Positions 1 through 10,107 of a DNA stretch of 32,000 bases are shown in pieces (position 1 is the first letter of the stretch; each line of letters opens with the position of its first letter). The DNA lies in NCBI GenBank assembly GCA_963752375.1, contig CAVVYF010000026.1:35794-67793 (forward strand). The letters run 5' to 3'. Origin of the DNA: Terriglobia bacterium (GTDB lineage Bacteria; Acidobacteriota; Terriglobia; Terriglobales; Acidobacteriaceae). The notes under the pieces were generated by a model. The model was not told where the DNA came from. It made no database searches and worked only from the letters and a program-made list of their open reading frames with translations. The position numbers and the translations under genes are program-made.

Positions 1-1
1 C

Positions 2-292
2 TTGCCTGAAGTGATGGCGTCCCAGGACGAGATGCTGCGCCGGAGGGGGAATTTCAATCCCGGGGAAGACAATTCGGTCGTGACCCGCGCCTTCCAGGAC
101 CACCTCTCCGACGTGTACGCCTGGCTCAACGGCAAAGCTCACGTGAAAGTGAGCCGGGTGCAATACCACGCTGTCTTGCGTGAGCCCAGGGAAACGGCAG
201 AGACGATTGCAGGGTTCCTGGAAGTGCCCCTGGACGTCGAGGCTATGGCAAAACAGGTGGACGGAACTCTCTACCGGCAGCGCCGCAAATAG
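2..292 (+). CDS. C-terminal fragment of a sulfotransferase-family protein (5' end outside window)
   Basis: ORF is open to the window edge. The tail ...YHAVLREPRETAETIAGFLEVPLDVEAMAKQVD resembles C-termini of bacterial sulfotransferase-domain proteins. Recognition from memory only. Confidence 0.4.
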   Translation: MPEVMASQDEMLRRRGNFNPGEDNSVVTRAFQDHLSDVYAWLNGKAHVKVSRVQYHAVLREPRETAETIAGFLEVPLDVEAMAKQVDGTLYRQRRK

Positions 293-311
293 TTTATCTG
301 TGCCTGTGTGG

Positions 312-332
312 TCGCGGGCGACTCGCCCGCGA
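312..332. repeat. 21-nt perfect palindrome tcgcgggcga-c-tcgcccgcga between convergent genes; possible bidirectional hairpin
   Basis: 10-bp arms read directly from the sequence. No U-tract on either strand, so terminator function is uncertain. Confidence 0.4.
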
Positions 333-343
333 AAGCTGGAGCA

Positions 344-880
344 TCAGGCCTTGCCCGGCGGAAGCTGAAAACCGATCTTGCGCTTCGACGGCCCCTCTGG
401 AACCATAAGCTCCTTGATGGCTTCAATGATGTCCTGAATCGAGGCGTCGTGGGTTTCGAGGCGGCGGTCCAACTCGTTGATTTTGGCCGCGAGCTGGCGG
501 TTTTTGGCCAGCATCTCGCGCATACGCACGAAAGCACGGACAACGAAAACGCTCATCTCGATGGCCCGCGCGGAATTGAGCACAGTGGCGGCCATGATGG
601 CGCCGTGCTCGGTGAAGGCATAGGGTAGGTAACGGCGTCCACCGTGCCTCTTACTTGAGGTTGCAATTTGCAACCTCAAGATTTCATCCTCTTTGGCGCT
701 TAGTCGAAACATGAAATCGGCGGGAAAGCGCTCCTGGTTGCGCTTTACCTGTTCGTTCAACCGCTTAACGGAGACGCCATAAAGCTTAGCAAGGTCGCTA
801 TCCAGAATAACCCTCTGCTGGCGCAGGATCAGGATTCGCGATTCCACCGGTATGGCGAGCTGTGCCGGGCGTTTTGGCAT
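344..880 (-). CDS. ORF6N (KilA-N-like) DNA-binding domain protein with coiled-coil-like C-terminus
   Basis: ORF 344..919. ATG at 880 (MPKRPAQLAIP...) is preferred over the TTG at 919, which lies inside a palindrome. LRLQIATSSKRHGGRRYLPYAFTEHGAIMAATVLNS matches the ORF6N signature. Confidence 0.75.
   Translation of the reverse strand: MPKRPAQLAIPVESRILILRQQRVILDSDLAKLYGVSVKRLNEQVKRNQERFPADFMFRLSAKEDEILRLQIATSSKRHGGRRYLPYAFTEHGAIMAATVLNSARAIEMSVFVVRAFVRMREMLAKNRQLAAKINELDRRLETHDASIQDIIEAIKELMVPEGPSKRKIGFQLPPGKA
654..680. repeat. Perfect 27-bp palindrome cttgaggttgcaa-t-ttgcaacctcaag inside the ORF6N CDS (encodes LRLQIATSS)
   Basis: 13-bp arms with a 1-nt centre, read directly. Confidence 0.9.
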
Positions 881-892
881 GGGATTGTAGGA

Positions 893-898
893 AGTATA
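893..898 (-). promoter_or_regulatory. Candidate -10 box TATACT for the ORF6N gene
   Basis: Minus strand reads ...attgcgacctcaaatcagacgcTATACTtcctacaatcccATG. The hexamer lies 12 nt upstream of the ATG, with no SD, so the mRNA would have a very short leader. The -35 position falls inside palindrome 908-932. Confidence 0.35.
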
Positions 899-907
899 GC
901 GTCTGAT

Positions 908-932
908 TTGAGGTCGCAATTTGCGACCTCAA
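908..932. promoter_or_regulatory. Perfect 25-bp palindrome ttgaggtcgcaa-t-ttgcgacctcaa upstream of ORF6N; candidate operator
   Basis: 12-bp arms. Near-identical to the intragenic palindrome at 654-680. Overlaps the predicted -35 region. Confidence 0.6.
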
Positions 933-946
933 GATTCGTGGTTTAT

Positions 947-970
947 TTGAGTCACAATCTGCGACCTCAA
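947..970. repeat. Degenerate third copy of the ORF6N palindrome (ttgagtcacaatctgcgacctcaa)
   Basis: Right half matches 11/12. Left half carries a 1-nt deletion and one substitution. Confidence 0.6.
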
Positions 971-1046
971 AAACTGCCAGCAGGTCAGACGGGCACAACT
1001 GGTGGGCGAGGGCGCCCGCCACACACACAATTCTCACAAGCAAGCA

Positions 1047-2852
<1,806 letters not shown>

Positions 2853-2910
2853 TCTGCCTGCTTTCGATCATAGAAGAGGCCAGTACGGCGGGCAAGGCAC
2901 CAACGGAAGT

Positions 2911-3019
2911 CACGGGGGACAGCCGCCCTCGGCTGTCCGGTCGAGTGAAACTCGACGAGTCTCTGTCGGAAGAGCGAAGCTTCGCTCCGCCGGACAGCCG
3001 GGGCGGCTGTCCCCACGTG
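2911..3019. repeat. Family-1 palindromic element, copy A (short form); right flank 3014-3060 also carries a half-module of the family-7 hairpin
   Basis: Ends are cacgggggacagccgccctcggctgtccgg ... ccggacagccggggcggctgtccccacgtg, with internal hairpins tcgagtgaaactcga and cgaagcttcg. agcacgagcgtgacgctcg at 3041-3059 matches 20889-20907. Confidence 0.85.
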
Positions 3020-3067
3020 ATTTCGTTTGCACCGCCTGGGAGCACGAGCGTGACGCTCGGAGAAATG

Positions 3068-5482
3068 CTAAGGTCCCACCACTGGAGGCGTGGGCGGGCC
3101 CTCATCCTTCTTTTCCCCGTCGGGCTGGGGCACTCCCGGAGGCAGTACGTTTGCCTTGGTCAGGCCGCTGCTGTCGTCTCCCAAAGCTCGGGTCTGCACC
3201 GTCACGCCGGAGGCTTTGCGCAAATCTTTCAGAATGTCCTGCCGGTCGTGGCCGGCGTATTCGCGGGCAAAGCGGGTAAGAGCTTCGGTGAGGATGTCAT
3301 GGTGATGCAGCGTCTCCAGGCCGGGTTCGCGTGTGATGTTCAGCCACAGTCGGTGCACCAGGTGCACGTCCTCGGTTTTCAGCGAGGGCGTATGCGGGCC
3401 AATGTGGAAGGTGTCGACCTTGAGGTTCGGGTAGATGACCTGGAATATGAATTGCCGCTTGGGTTCGGGCATGGCTTCCCAGGCATGGCCCAGGTAGAAG
3501 GCCTGTTCCTGGGCGCTCATCTTGCTGGAGAGGCCTGAGACCACGGCGGAACTTTCCAGATTGTTGGCGGTCTGCACAATCGCCGACCAGGGATCGCGCG
3601 CCGGCACTACCAGCAGCGAAACGTGTTTGCCGAAGTTTTCCGCGACCGAAACCGCCCGGGTAAACAGCTGCTGCTCGTAGTCGCTGAAGATCTGTTCGGT
3701 GGAAAGATCGTAGGCGGCGGTGCCGAACTGGCTTACCCGGGCCGACATGACCACGATGTCCTGCTCTTTGGTGTCGATACGCTCCAGCACCCACTTGAGG
3801 TGGTTCAGGGTGTTGTAATCGCGCACCGTCACCATCACATTCCCGGCCCGAAGGCCCAGCCCGGAGCGCTCCACGGTATCGCTTTGCAGCAACTGGAAGT
3901 GTTCCTTCATGTGCTGCTCGGCCAGGGCATGCTTGCTCCGGTTGACGCGCTCGGAGATGCTGAAAATCAGGAAGAACGAGCCCGCAAAGCCGAGTCCTGC
4001 CACCGTGGCGATCGACTTGGTGAACAGGTTGAGGATGGCGGTGCAGAACAACACCAGAAAAACGGCGAACAGTCCAACCGGCAATTCGTGGCCGGCGATG
4101 GTGATGTTGGGCGGCACTTTCCAGCCGCGCTCGCCTTTGTATTTGATGCGCAGCACCAGCATGGCCAGGCTGTTGAAGGTGAAGCTCCAGATCACACCAA
4201 AGGCGTAAGCCTCGCCCAGCAGGTACACGTTGCCGCGGCTCACCAGAATGGTGAATACCTGCAGAATGACGACCAGGTTGACGATCCGGTACGTAGTCCC
4301 GAATCGCGGATGCGGCTGGCGGAACCAGTCCGTGAGAACGCCGTCTTCCGAAATACGGTTGAGAACGCCGTTGGAACCGATGATCGCGGTATTGACCGCG
4401 CCCGAAAGGATCAGGAAGCCCACCACCACCACGAAGGCCCGGAAAGCCAGACGCAACAGCAGCGGGCCGTACTCGTACATGGCAAGTCCGGCAATCAGAT
4501 TGTCTTTGTAGATCGGGACCCGAACCGAGTCCGGAATAATCATCACGAACAGCAGCGCCGTGAGTCCGGTAAAGGCGAAACTGTAAATCGCAATGATGAT
4601 GGCGGCGCGCTTCAGGTTCTTCAGCTTGGGATGGGCCAGCTCCCGGTTGACCTGAGCCAGCGATTCCTCGCCGCTCATGGCCAGCACGGAATGGCCAAAC
4701 GCGATCAGGATGCCGAGAATGGCGAACTTCGAGGCCAGCCCGTGCGCCAGGTCGGTGTGCTTCAAAAAGCCCAGCGCCTCTTCGCTGAACTTCAGGCTGT
4801 CGGCAGTGGGCAGCGGCACCGTCTGGTATCCCTGCTTCATCAGGGTCAGTGCAGACCAGCCCAGCAGGATGACCACCATCACCGTGGTGATCTGCATGAC
4901 CCGAAGGGCCTTCTCGCTGGATTCCTGAATGCCTTTGGTGTTCTGCCACCAGAAGTATGTGGTCACGATCAGGGCAAAGACGACCGAAGTCCAGTTGACG
5001 TCCAGGTGCGGCGTTCCGTGAAACAGGTTGTGCAGGGCCCGCGGGACCCAGCCGTGGGCCTCGGCCGCGGCGAAGGTGTCATTGATCAGTCCGGCGATGT
5101 ACTGTCCCGCCGAAACCCCCGAGATGGGCCCGGTCAGGATGTAATCGAACATGAGAGCGGAAACGCTGACTTTGGCCAGGGTCCCGCCCAGCGCCTCTTT
5201 CACCACGCGGTAAACTCCGCCGCGGACGAACATGGAGCAACTCTCGACGTAAACCGCCCGTACCGCGAAGGAAAACAGCATCACCGCCACGATGAACCAG
5301 GGAGCCGATTTCCCGATGGCCTGCTCCGCGATGCCGGCGGCATAGAAGGCGGACGACCCCAGATCGTTCAGCACGATGGCGGCCGCCCGCCAGTAGGAGA
5401 TGAACGTCAGCATCACTGAGGTCGCGACTACGATGCGAACGCGATCAGTGGTTGAGCCTGCGGGCTGTAAAGGAGATGCCAT
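3068..5482 (-). CDS. APC-superfamily amino acid/polyamine permease with a C-terminal cytoplasmic universal-stress-protein-like domain
   Basis: 804 aa. The N-terminal ~520 aa consist of many hydrophobic spans typical of APC permeases. The ~270-aa soluble tail (VMVTVRDYNTLNHLKWVLE...LLVVPARDPWSAIVQTA) looks USP-like. Confidence 0.75.
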   Translation of the reverse strand: MASPLQPAGSTTDRVRIVVATSVMLTFISYWRAAAIVLNDLGSSAFYAAGIAEQAIGKSAPWFIVAVMLFSFAVRAVYVESCSMFVRGGVYRVVKEALGGTLAKVSVSALMFDYILTGPISGVSAGQYIAGLINDTFAAAEAHGWVPRALHNLFHGTPHLDVNWTSVVFALIVTTYFWWQNTKGIQESSEKALRVMQITTVMVVILLGWSALTLMKQGYQTVPLPTADSLKFSEEALGFLKHTDLAHGLASKFAILGILIAFGHSVLAMSGEESLAQVNRELAHPKLKNLKRAAIIIAIYSFAFTGLTALLFVMIIPDSVRVPIYKDNLIAGLAMYEYGPLLLRLAFRAFVVVVGFLILSGAVNTAIIGSNGVLNRISEDGVLTDWFRQPHPRFGTTYRIVNLVVILQVFTILVSRGNVYLLGEAYAFGVIWSFTFNSLAMLVLRIKYKGERGWKVPPNITIAGHELPVGLFAVFLVLFCTAILNLFTKSIATVAGLGFAGSFFLIFSISERVNRSKHALAEQHMKEHFQLLQSDTVERSGLGLRAGNVMVTVRDYNTLNHLKWVLERIDTKEQDIVVMSARVSQFGTAAYDLSTEQIFSDYEQQLFTRAVSVAENFGKHVSLLVVPARDPWSAIVQTANNLESSAVVSGLSSKMSAQEQAFYLGHAWEAMPEPKRQFIFQVIYPNLKVDTFHIGPHTPSLKTEDVHLVHRLWLNITREPGLETLHHHDILTEALTRFAREYAGHDRQDILKDLRKASGVTVQTRALGDDSSGLTKANVLPPGVPQPDGEKKDEGPPTPPVVGP

Positions 5483-5708
5483 TGCGGAGGCGGGCTAGCC
5501 AATCTCCGAACCAGAATCGTTGCGGAGTAAAGGCGTCCCGATATATTCCATACCCCGGAACCATACCGTCCCGGAGCCCGGAATTCCCGTGGTGCATAAG
5601 AACTGTAGCAGAAGAATTCTATCCCTGAGGAGAGGACCCATACGCGCTAGGTATGTTAGCCCATCGGAGCATGTCGGCATAGATGGAAAAACCAATCGGT
5701 ATAAAAAT

Positions 5709-5845
5709 CACGTGGGGACAGCCGCCCCCGGCTGTCCGGTCGAGCGCAGCTCGACAAATCTTTGAATTGAGCGTGATGACAGAACCAGAACCAGCGGAGC
5801 CTTGCTCCGCCGGACAGCCGAGGGTGGGCGGCTGTCCTCACGTGG
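5709..5845. repeat. Family-1 palindromic element, copy B (137 bp)
   Basis: Ends are cacgtggggacagccgcccccggctgtccgg ... ccggacagccgagggtgggcggctgtcctcacgtgg, with internal hairpins tcgagcgcagctcga and cggagccttgctccg. It is the reverse complement of copy C. Confidence 0.9.
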
Positions 5846-5892
5846 TCTGCTCGGGCAAAGGAGCATTTTGTTATGCTTGCAGCGTGTGGCGC

Positions 5893-7536
5893 ATGCATAG
5901 AAGCGCGTGGCTGCTGGTGCTGCTCTCGGCCGCCTTGCAGATTCTGATTTTTCCCCTGCCCAATCTGTATTTTCTGGACTGGGCGGCGGTCGCTCCCCTG
6001 CTCATCGCGCTTTTGCGTGCCCGGGAACCAGATACCCTGCAGCTTGAGGCCGGAGTGAAGCTGCTGCCGGCCAGGCCGGCCCAGGCTTTTCTTCTGGGCT
6101 ACGTCTGCGGGATCCTGTGGTACGCGGGAACCTGCTACTGGATCTACAACACCATGCGCCAGTATGGCGGAGTGGGCACGTTCGCCGCCCTGGGGCTGCT
6201 CTTTCTTTTCTGCCTTTACCTGGCCCTCTATCACGGCCTCTTCGGCTTGCTGATTGGCCTGCTGGCGAGGGGCGGCGAGCGCACAAACCCGTTCCGCCGC
6301 CGGGCCCTGGTTCTGGCCCCGGCAGCCTGGGTGGCGGTGGAACTGGCCCGTACCCGCATCACTGGGTTTCCCTGGGACCTGTTGGGCGTCACCCAGGTGG
6401 ACAATATTCCGCTGGCCCACATCGCCACCCTCACCGGCGTTTACGGGCTGTCGTTCGAGATCATGGTGGTCAACACTGCCCTGGCCGCCGCCTTCGTGAT
6501 TCGCTCCGAAAGGGGCCGGCGCGGCAAGCGCAAACCGCTTCTGCTGGCAACCGCCGCCGCCGTGGTCGTGTTGCAGGCGGGAAGCCTGGTCAGTCCCCCA
6601 GCCCTGCCCACCAACCACACCGCCCGCCTGGTGCAACAGAACATTCCGGTATTGCAGGGAAGCGACTGGACCAAAGAATACTTTGAAGGGACGCTACGGG
6701 ACCTGAGCCGCATAAGTTTGAGCCTTCCCGGTCAGGACCCATCCTCGGATTCCTCCCCGGCGTCCTCGGCCCGCCCGGATCTGATTGTGTGGCCGGAGTC
6801 GCCGGCGCCCTTTTACAGCAATGATCCGACGTTCCGGGAGACAGTCAGCAATATCGCGCGCCAGGCCCAAACCTGGATGCTGGTGGGGAGCCTGGGGATG
6901 CGCAATGCGGGCGAGACCGCGGAACGAACCACGCAACTCTACAACTCCGGCAGCCTGGTCAGCCCGGCGGGCGAATGGGTGGGACGCTACGACAAGATGC
7001 ACCTGGTCCCCTTCGGCGAATATGTCCCGTTCAAGCGGGTGTTTGGTTTTGCCGGCGGCCTGACCCAGGAAGTCGGGGATTTTTCGCCCGGCACTTCGCG
7101 TGCGCCGCTGCAGGCGGGCAGCAAGCTGGGCGTCTTCATCTGCTATGAATCCATCTTCCCGGATGAAATCCGGCAACTGGCGGCCAATGGCGCCCAGGTA
7201 TTCGTGAATATATCGAACGACGGCTGGTACGGCGACAGCGGAGCCTACGCCCAGCACCTGAAGCAGGCCCGCATGCGCGCCGTCGAAAATGACCGCTGGC
7301 TGCTGCGCGACACCAACACCGGCGTGACCGCTTCGATCGACCCCTACGGCAGAGTCGTGTCCAGCCTTCCCCGCAAGCTCCGCGCCGCCCTCGATGCTCC
7401 CTACGCCCTCACCAACGTAACCACGTTCTACACCCGTCATGGCGACTGGTTCGCTTACCTGTGTGCGATAATTTCTGTAGCGGGAGTGTTGTTGAGTTTC
7501 CGGCCCGCGGCAGGACAGAAACTAAATCATGAATGA
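5893..7536 (+). CDS. lnt: Apolipoprotein N-acyltransferase
   Basis: The ORF 5683..7536 runs through repeat B at its 5' end, so ATG 5893 (MHRSAWLLVLLSAAL..., first TM) was chosen. Carbon-nitrogen hydrolase domain with VWPESPAPFY, FICYESIFPDEIR and NISNDGWYG. Confidence 0.85.
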   Translation: MHRSAWLLVLLSAALQILIFPLPNLYFLDWAAVAPLLIALLRAREPDTLQLEAGVKLLPARPAQAFLLGYVCGILWYAGTCYWIYNTMRQYGGVGTFAALGLLFLFCLYLALYHGLFGLLIGLLARGGERTNPFRRRALVLAPAAWVAVELARTRITGFPWDLLGVTQVDNIPLAHIATLTGVYGLSFEIMVVNTALAAAFVIRSERGRRGKRKPLLLATAAAVVVLQAGSLVSPPALPTNHTARLVQQNIPVLQGSDWTKEYFEGTLRDLSRISLSLPGQDPSSDSSPASSARPDLIVWPESPAPFYSNDPTFRETVSNIARQAQTWMLVGSLGMRNAGETAERTTQLYNSGSLVSPAGEWVGRYDKMHLVPFGEYVPFKRVFGFAGGLTQEVGDFSPGTSRAPLQAGSKLGVFICYESIFPDEIRQLAANGAQVFVNISNDGWYGDSGAYAQHLKQARMRAVENDRWLLRDTNTGVTASIDPYGRVVSSLPRKLRAALDAPYALTNVTTFYTRHGDWFAYLCAIISVAGVLLSFRPAAGQKLNHE

Positions 7537-8663
7537 AGAGCTTGAGCAGGAATACACCGGCCTGAAGGACAAAGTCCGCGATCTCCGGGAGTACCTTTGA
7601 CGCCGGCAATCTCCGTGAACAGCTAGCTGAAATCGAGAAGCAGGCTGCCGATCCGGCTCTGTGGTCGAATCCGCAAAAGTCTCAGCAGGTCATGCGTCAG
7701 AAGAAGCGCCTGGAAAATGTGCTGGCCACCGAGGCTGACCTGGTGCGCCGGGGTGATGACATCACCGCTTATTTCGACCTGGGCCGCGAAGGGGAAAATG
7801 TTGAGGCCGACCTGCGCCGCGAGATTGACGGGCTGCGCAATCTGGTCGATCGCCTCGAAACCGAGAGCCTGCTCTCCGGCGAAAATGACGGCCGCAACGC
7901 CATCGTGACCATCCATCCCGGGGCTGGCGGAACCGAATCGCAGGACTGGGCTGACATGCTGCTGCGTATGTATCTCCGCTGGGCGGAGCGGCGCGGCTTC
8001 CCGACTGTGCTTTACGACTACCAGCCCGGTGAAGAAGCGGGGCTCAAGTCCGCGACCTTCGCCGTAAATGGCGAATACGCCTTCGGGCTGCTGACCAGCG
8101 AAATCGGCGTGCACCGCCTGGTGCGCATTTCGCCCTTCGACCAAGCCAAGCGCCGCCATACTTCGTTTGCCAGCGTGTACGTTTCGCCCGAAATCGACGA
8201 CAGCATCGAAATCGTGATCAAGCCCGAAGAGGTGCGGGTGGACACCTACCGTTCCAGCGGCAAGGGCGGCCAGCACGTGAACACCACCGACTCCGCCGTG
8301 CGCATCACGCACCTTGCCACCGGCCTGGTGGCCAGCTGCCAGAACGAGCGCTCGCAGCATAAAAACCGGGAACGGGCCATGAGCATGCTGAAATCCAAGC
8401 TGTATGAATTTGAGCTGGAGAAAAAGCGCGAGGTCACCCGCAAAATTGAAGACTCCAAGCTCGATATCGACTTCGGTTCGCAGATCCGTTCCTACGTCCT
8501 GCAGCCTTACCGCATGATCAAAGACCACCGCACGAAAATGGAGGTGGGCGACGTGGACCGGGTGCTCGATGGGGACCTCGATCCCTTCATCCGCGCCTAT
8601 TTGCGGATGCGGCGGGGAGAGAAGCAGGACGGCAACAGGCAAAACGGCAACAACAAGAATTAG
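7529..8663 (+). CDS. prfB: Peptide chain release factor 2, requires programmed +1 frameshift (7529..7597 joined to 7599..8663)
   Basis: Short frame MNEELEQEYTGLKDKVRDLREYL ends at in-frame TGA 7598-7600. Frame +1 continues DAGNLREQLAEIEKQAADPALWSNPQKSQQVMRQKK... into ORF 7692..8663. SPF and GGQ motifs are present (ISPFDQAKRRHTSFA; SSGKGGQHVNTTDSAVRITH). Confidence 0.92.
7587..7601 (+). promoter_or_regulatory. RF2 autoregulatory +1 frameshift site: SD-like GGGAG, 3-nt spacer, CTT TGA C
   Basis: The sequence cGGGAGtacCTTTGAC matches the canonical architecture (E. coli AGGGGGtatCTTTGAC). Confidence 0.9.
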
Positions 8664-8685
8664 GACTTAGGAGGAGTTCGAGGTT

Positions 8686-9924
8686 ATGGCCCGCATGATC
8701 GACCTCATCCGCGCCTCAGCGGTGCCGGCGAACCTGATGCAGTCGGCGGCCAAGGGAGCACTCTCCGTGCCTCCGCGGGAGATGATCGAAATTCTGGTGT
8801 ATCTGGCCGTGCACAGCAAAATCTTCGGCGAGCAGGCACAGCTCACCCTCGCCGGATGGGACGAGGCAGCATCGCGGGCTGCAGCCAGCGATTCCACCAC
8901 CCCTAAAGAAGTTCTCGACTATCTGATTTCGCCGAAAAACCTGCGGCCGGTGCTGCTGCCGGCCCTGCTCGACAACCCGTCAGTGTCGGAGGAGTCATGG
9001 CTCGAACTGGCGCCGACTGCCGGCCGTGAGATGGTCGAGGTGATGCTGAAAAGCGAACGAATCGCGCACTCTCCGGCAATCCTGAATGCACTCTTCTCCA
9101 ACCCGAACCTGAGCGGAATTCAATCGGAGGCCATCAGAAACAAGATTGAGCAAGCGACGCCCGCCCCAGCCGAGCCTGACATCAAAGCGGAAGAGAACTC
9201 CGCGCCGGAAGAAGCAGCGGCTGCACCTGAGGAAGTATTCCAGGCAGCATCCGACGACGAGGCTCCGGAAGCAGAAGATCCGCTCGATGAAGGTGTTCTG
9301 GCCTACCTGGCGGAGCACGAGAGCGAGATCGCGGCCCAGGCTGACCATGCTTACCAGCCCATCGGAGGCATCCACGAAGAGTTGCCGCACGATGAACCGG
9401 CGGCGGAGGAGGCAGCCACGGTCACCGCATCAGCCGGGAGCGGAGCCGCAGCCAAGAAGGCGCCGATCAAGAAAAAAAACGTGAAGCCAGTAGAGGAACG
9501 GGGCAGCGCCCTGCAGAAGATTGCCAAGCTGGACATCAAAGGGCGAATTCAGCTGGCCATGAAGGGCACCAAGGAAGAACGCTCGCTGCTCATCCGCGAC
9601 GGCACCAAGATCGTCGCCCTGGCGGTGTTGGAATCGCCCAAGATCAGCGATGGCGAAGTGGAAAGATTCGCCACCCAGAAGAATGTGCTGGAAGCGGTGC
9701 TTCGCGGCATCCCGATGAAGCGGCGCTTCGCCAAGAACTACGCCATCGTCCGCAACCTGGTGTTCAACCCGCGCACCCCCCTGGATCTTTCGCTCGGGCT
9801 CATGAAAAACATGCTGGTAGGCGACCTTCGTAACCTCTCCAACAACAAAGAGATTTCGGATACGGTCCGCAAGCTGGCCACCAAGATGTTCAAGCAAAAA
9901 ATGGATGTGAACAGCAAGCGCTGA
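8686..9924 (+). CDS. Hypothetical helical-repeat protein (xNPxxS/P repeats) with acidic disordered linker and Lys-rich segment
   Basis: 412 aa. AGGAGG lies 10 nt upstream of the ATG. Repeats include LLDNPSVSEESWLEL, LFSNPNLSGIQSEAI, VLESPKISDGEVERF and LVFNPRTPLDLSLGL. The central stretch is E/A/P-rich. Confidence 0.7.
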   Translation: MARMIDLIRASAVPANLMQSAAKGALSVPPREMIEILVYLAVHSKIFGEQAQLTLAGWDEAASRAAASDSTTPKEVLDYLISPKNLRPVLLPALLDNPSVSEESWLELAPTAGREMVEVMLKSERIAHSPAILNALFSNPNLSGIQSEAIRNKIEQATPAPAEPDIKAEENSAPEEAAAAPEEVFQAASDDEAPEAEDPLDEGVLAYLAEHESEIAAQADHAYQPIGGIHEELPHDEPAAEEAATVTASAGSGAAAKKAPIKKKNVKPVEERGSALQKIAKLDIKGRIQLAMKGTKEERSLLIRDGTKIVALAVLESPKISDGEVERFATQKNVLEAVLRGIPMKRRFAKNYAIVRNLVFNPRTPLDLSLGLMKNMLVGDLRNLSNNKEISDTVRKLATKMFKQKMDVNSKR

Positions 9925-9929
9925 AGAAC

Positions 9930-10063
9930 CACGTGGGGACAGCCGCCCCCGGCTGTCCGGCGGAGCAAGGCTCCGCTGTTCCGTCATTGCGCTCGATCCA
10001 AAGACTTAAAGACTTGCCGAGCTGCGCTCGACCGGACAGCCGGGGGCGGCTGTCTCCACGTGG
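9930..10063. repeat. Family-1 palindromic element, copy C (134 bp, inverted relative to B)
   Basis: Ends are cacgtggggacagccgcccccggctgtccgg ... ccggacagccgggggcggctgtctccacgtgg. It carries the same internal hairpin modules as B in reverse order. Confidence 0.9.
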
Positions 10064-10107
10064 TCTTTTACTGGACTGGCTTTCCCTCGCAACACTACAA
10101 TCGCGGC

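Noticed and set aside
3623-5419. 598-aa plus-strand ORF antisense to the APC permease. Similar long antisense ORFs occur at 1662..2873, 5656..6636, 6694..7440, 7623..8642, 12753..13952, 19942..20967, 25323..26456 and 27823..28854.
   Set aside because: Each lies opposite a gene with unmistakable family motifs. Their translations are R/G/H/P/Q-rich with no recognisable domains or RBS. Long stop-free antisense frames are expected in GC-rich DNA.
5483-5708. Possible riboswitch or leader in the 5' region of the permease gene.
   Set aside because: Only short generic hairpins are present (ctccg...cggag). I could not match any riboswitch core consensus (glycine, lysine, SAM, TPP) by eye.
5683-5892. 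N-terminal extensions of ORF-track calls (lnt from 5683, CoA-binding from 10060, oxidoreductase from 17408, rarA from 13378, ORF6N from 919, orf62 from 29721).
   Set aside because: The extensions are translations of palindromic repeat elements or palindromes (recurrent PDSRGRLSPR-type peptides). Downstream ATGs match the family N-termini.
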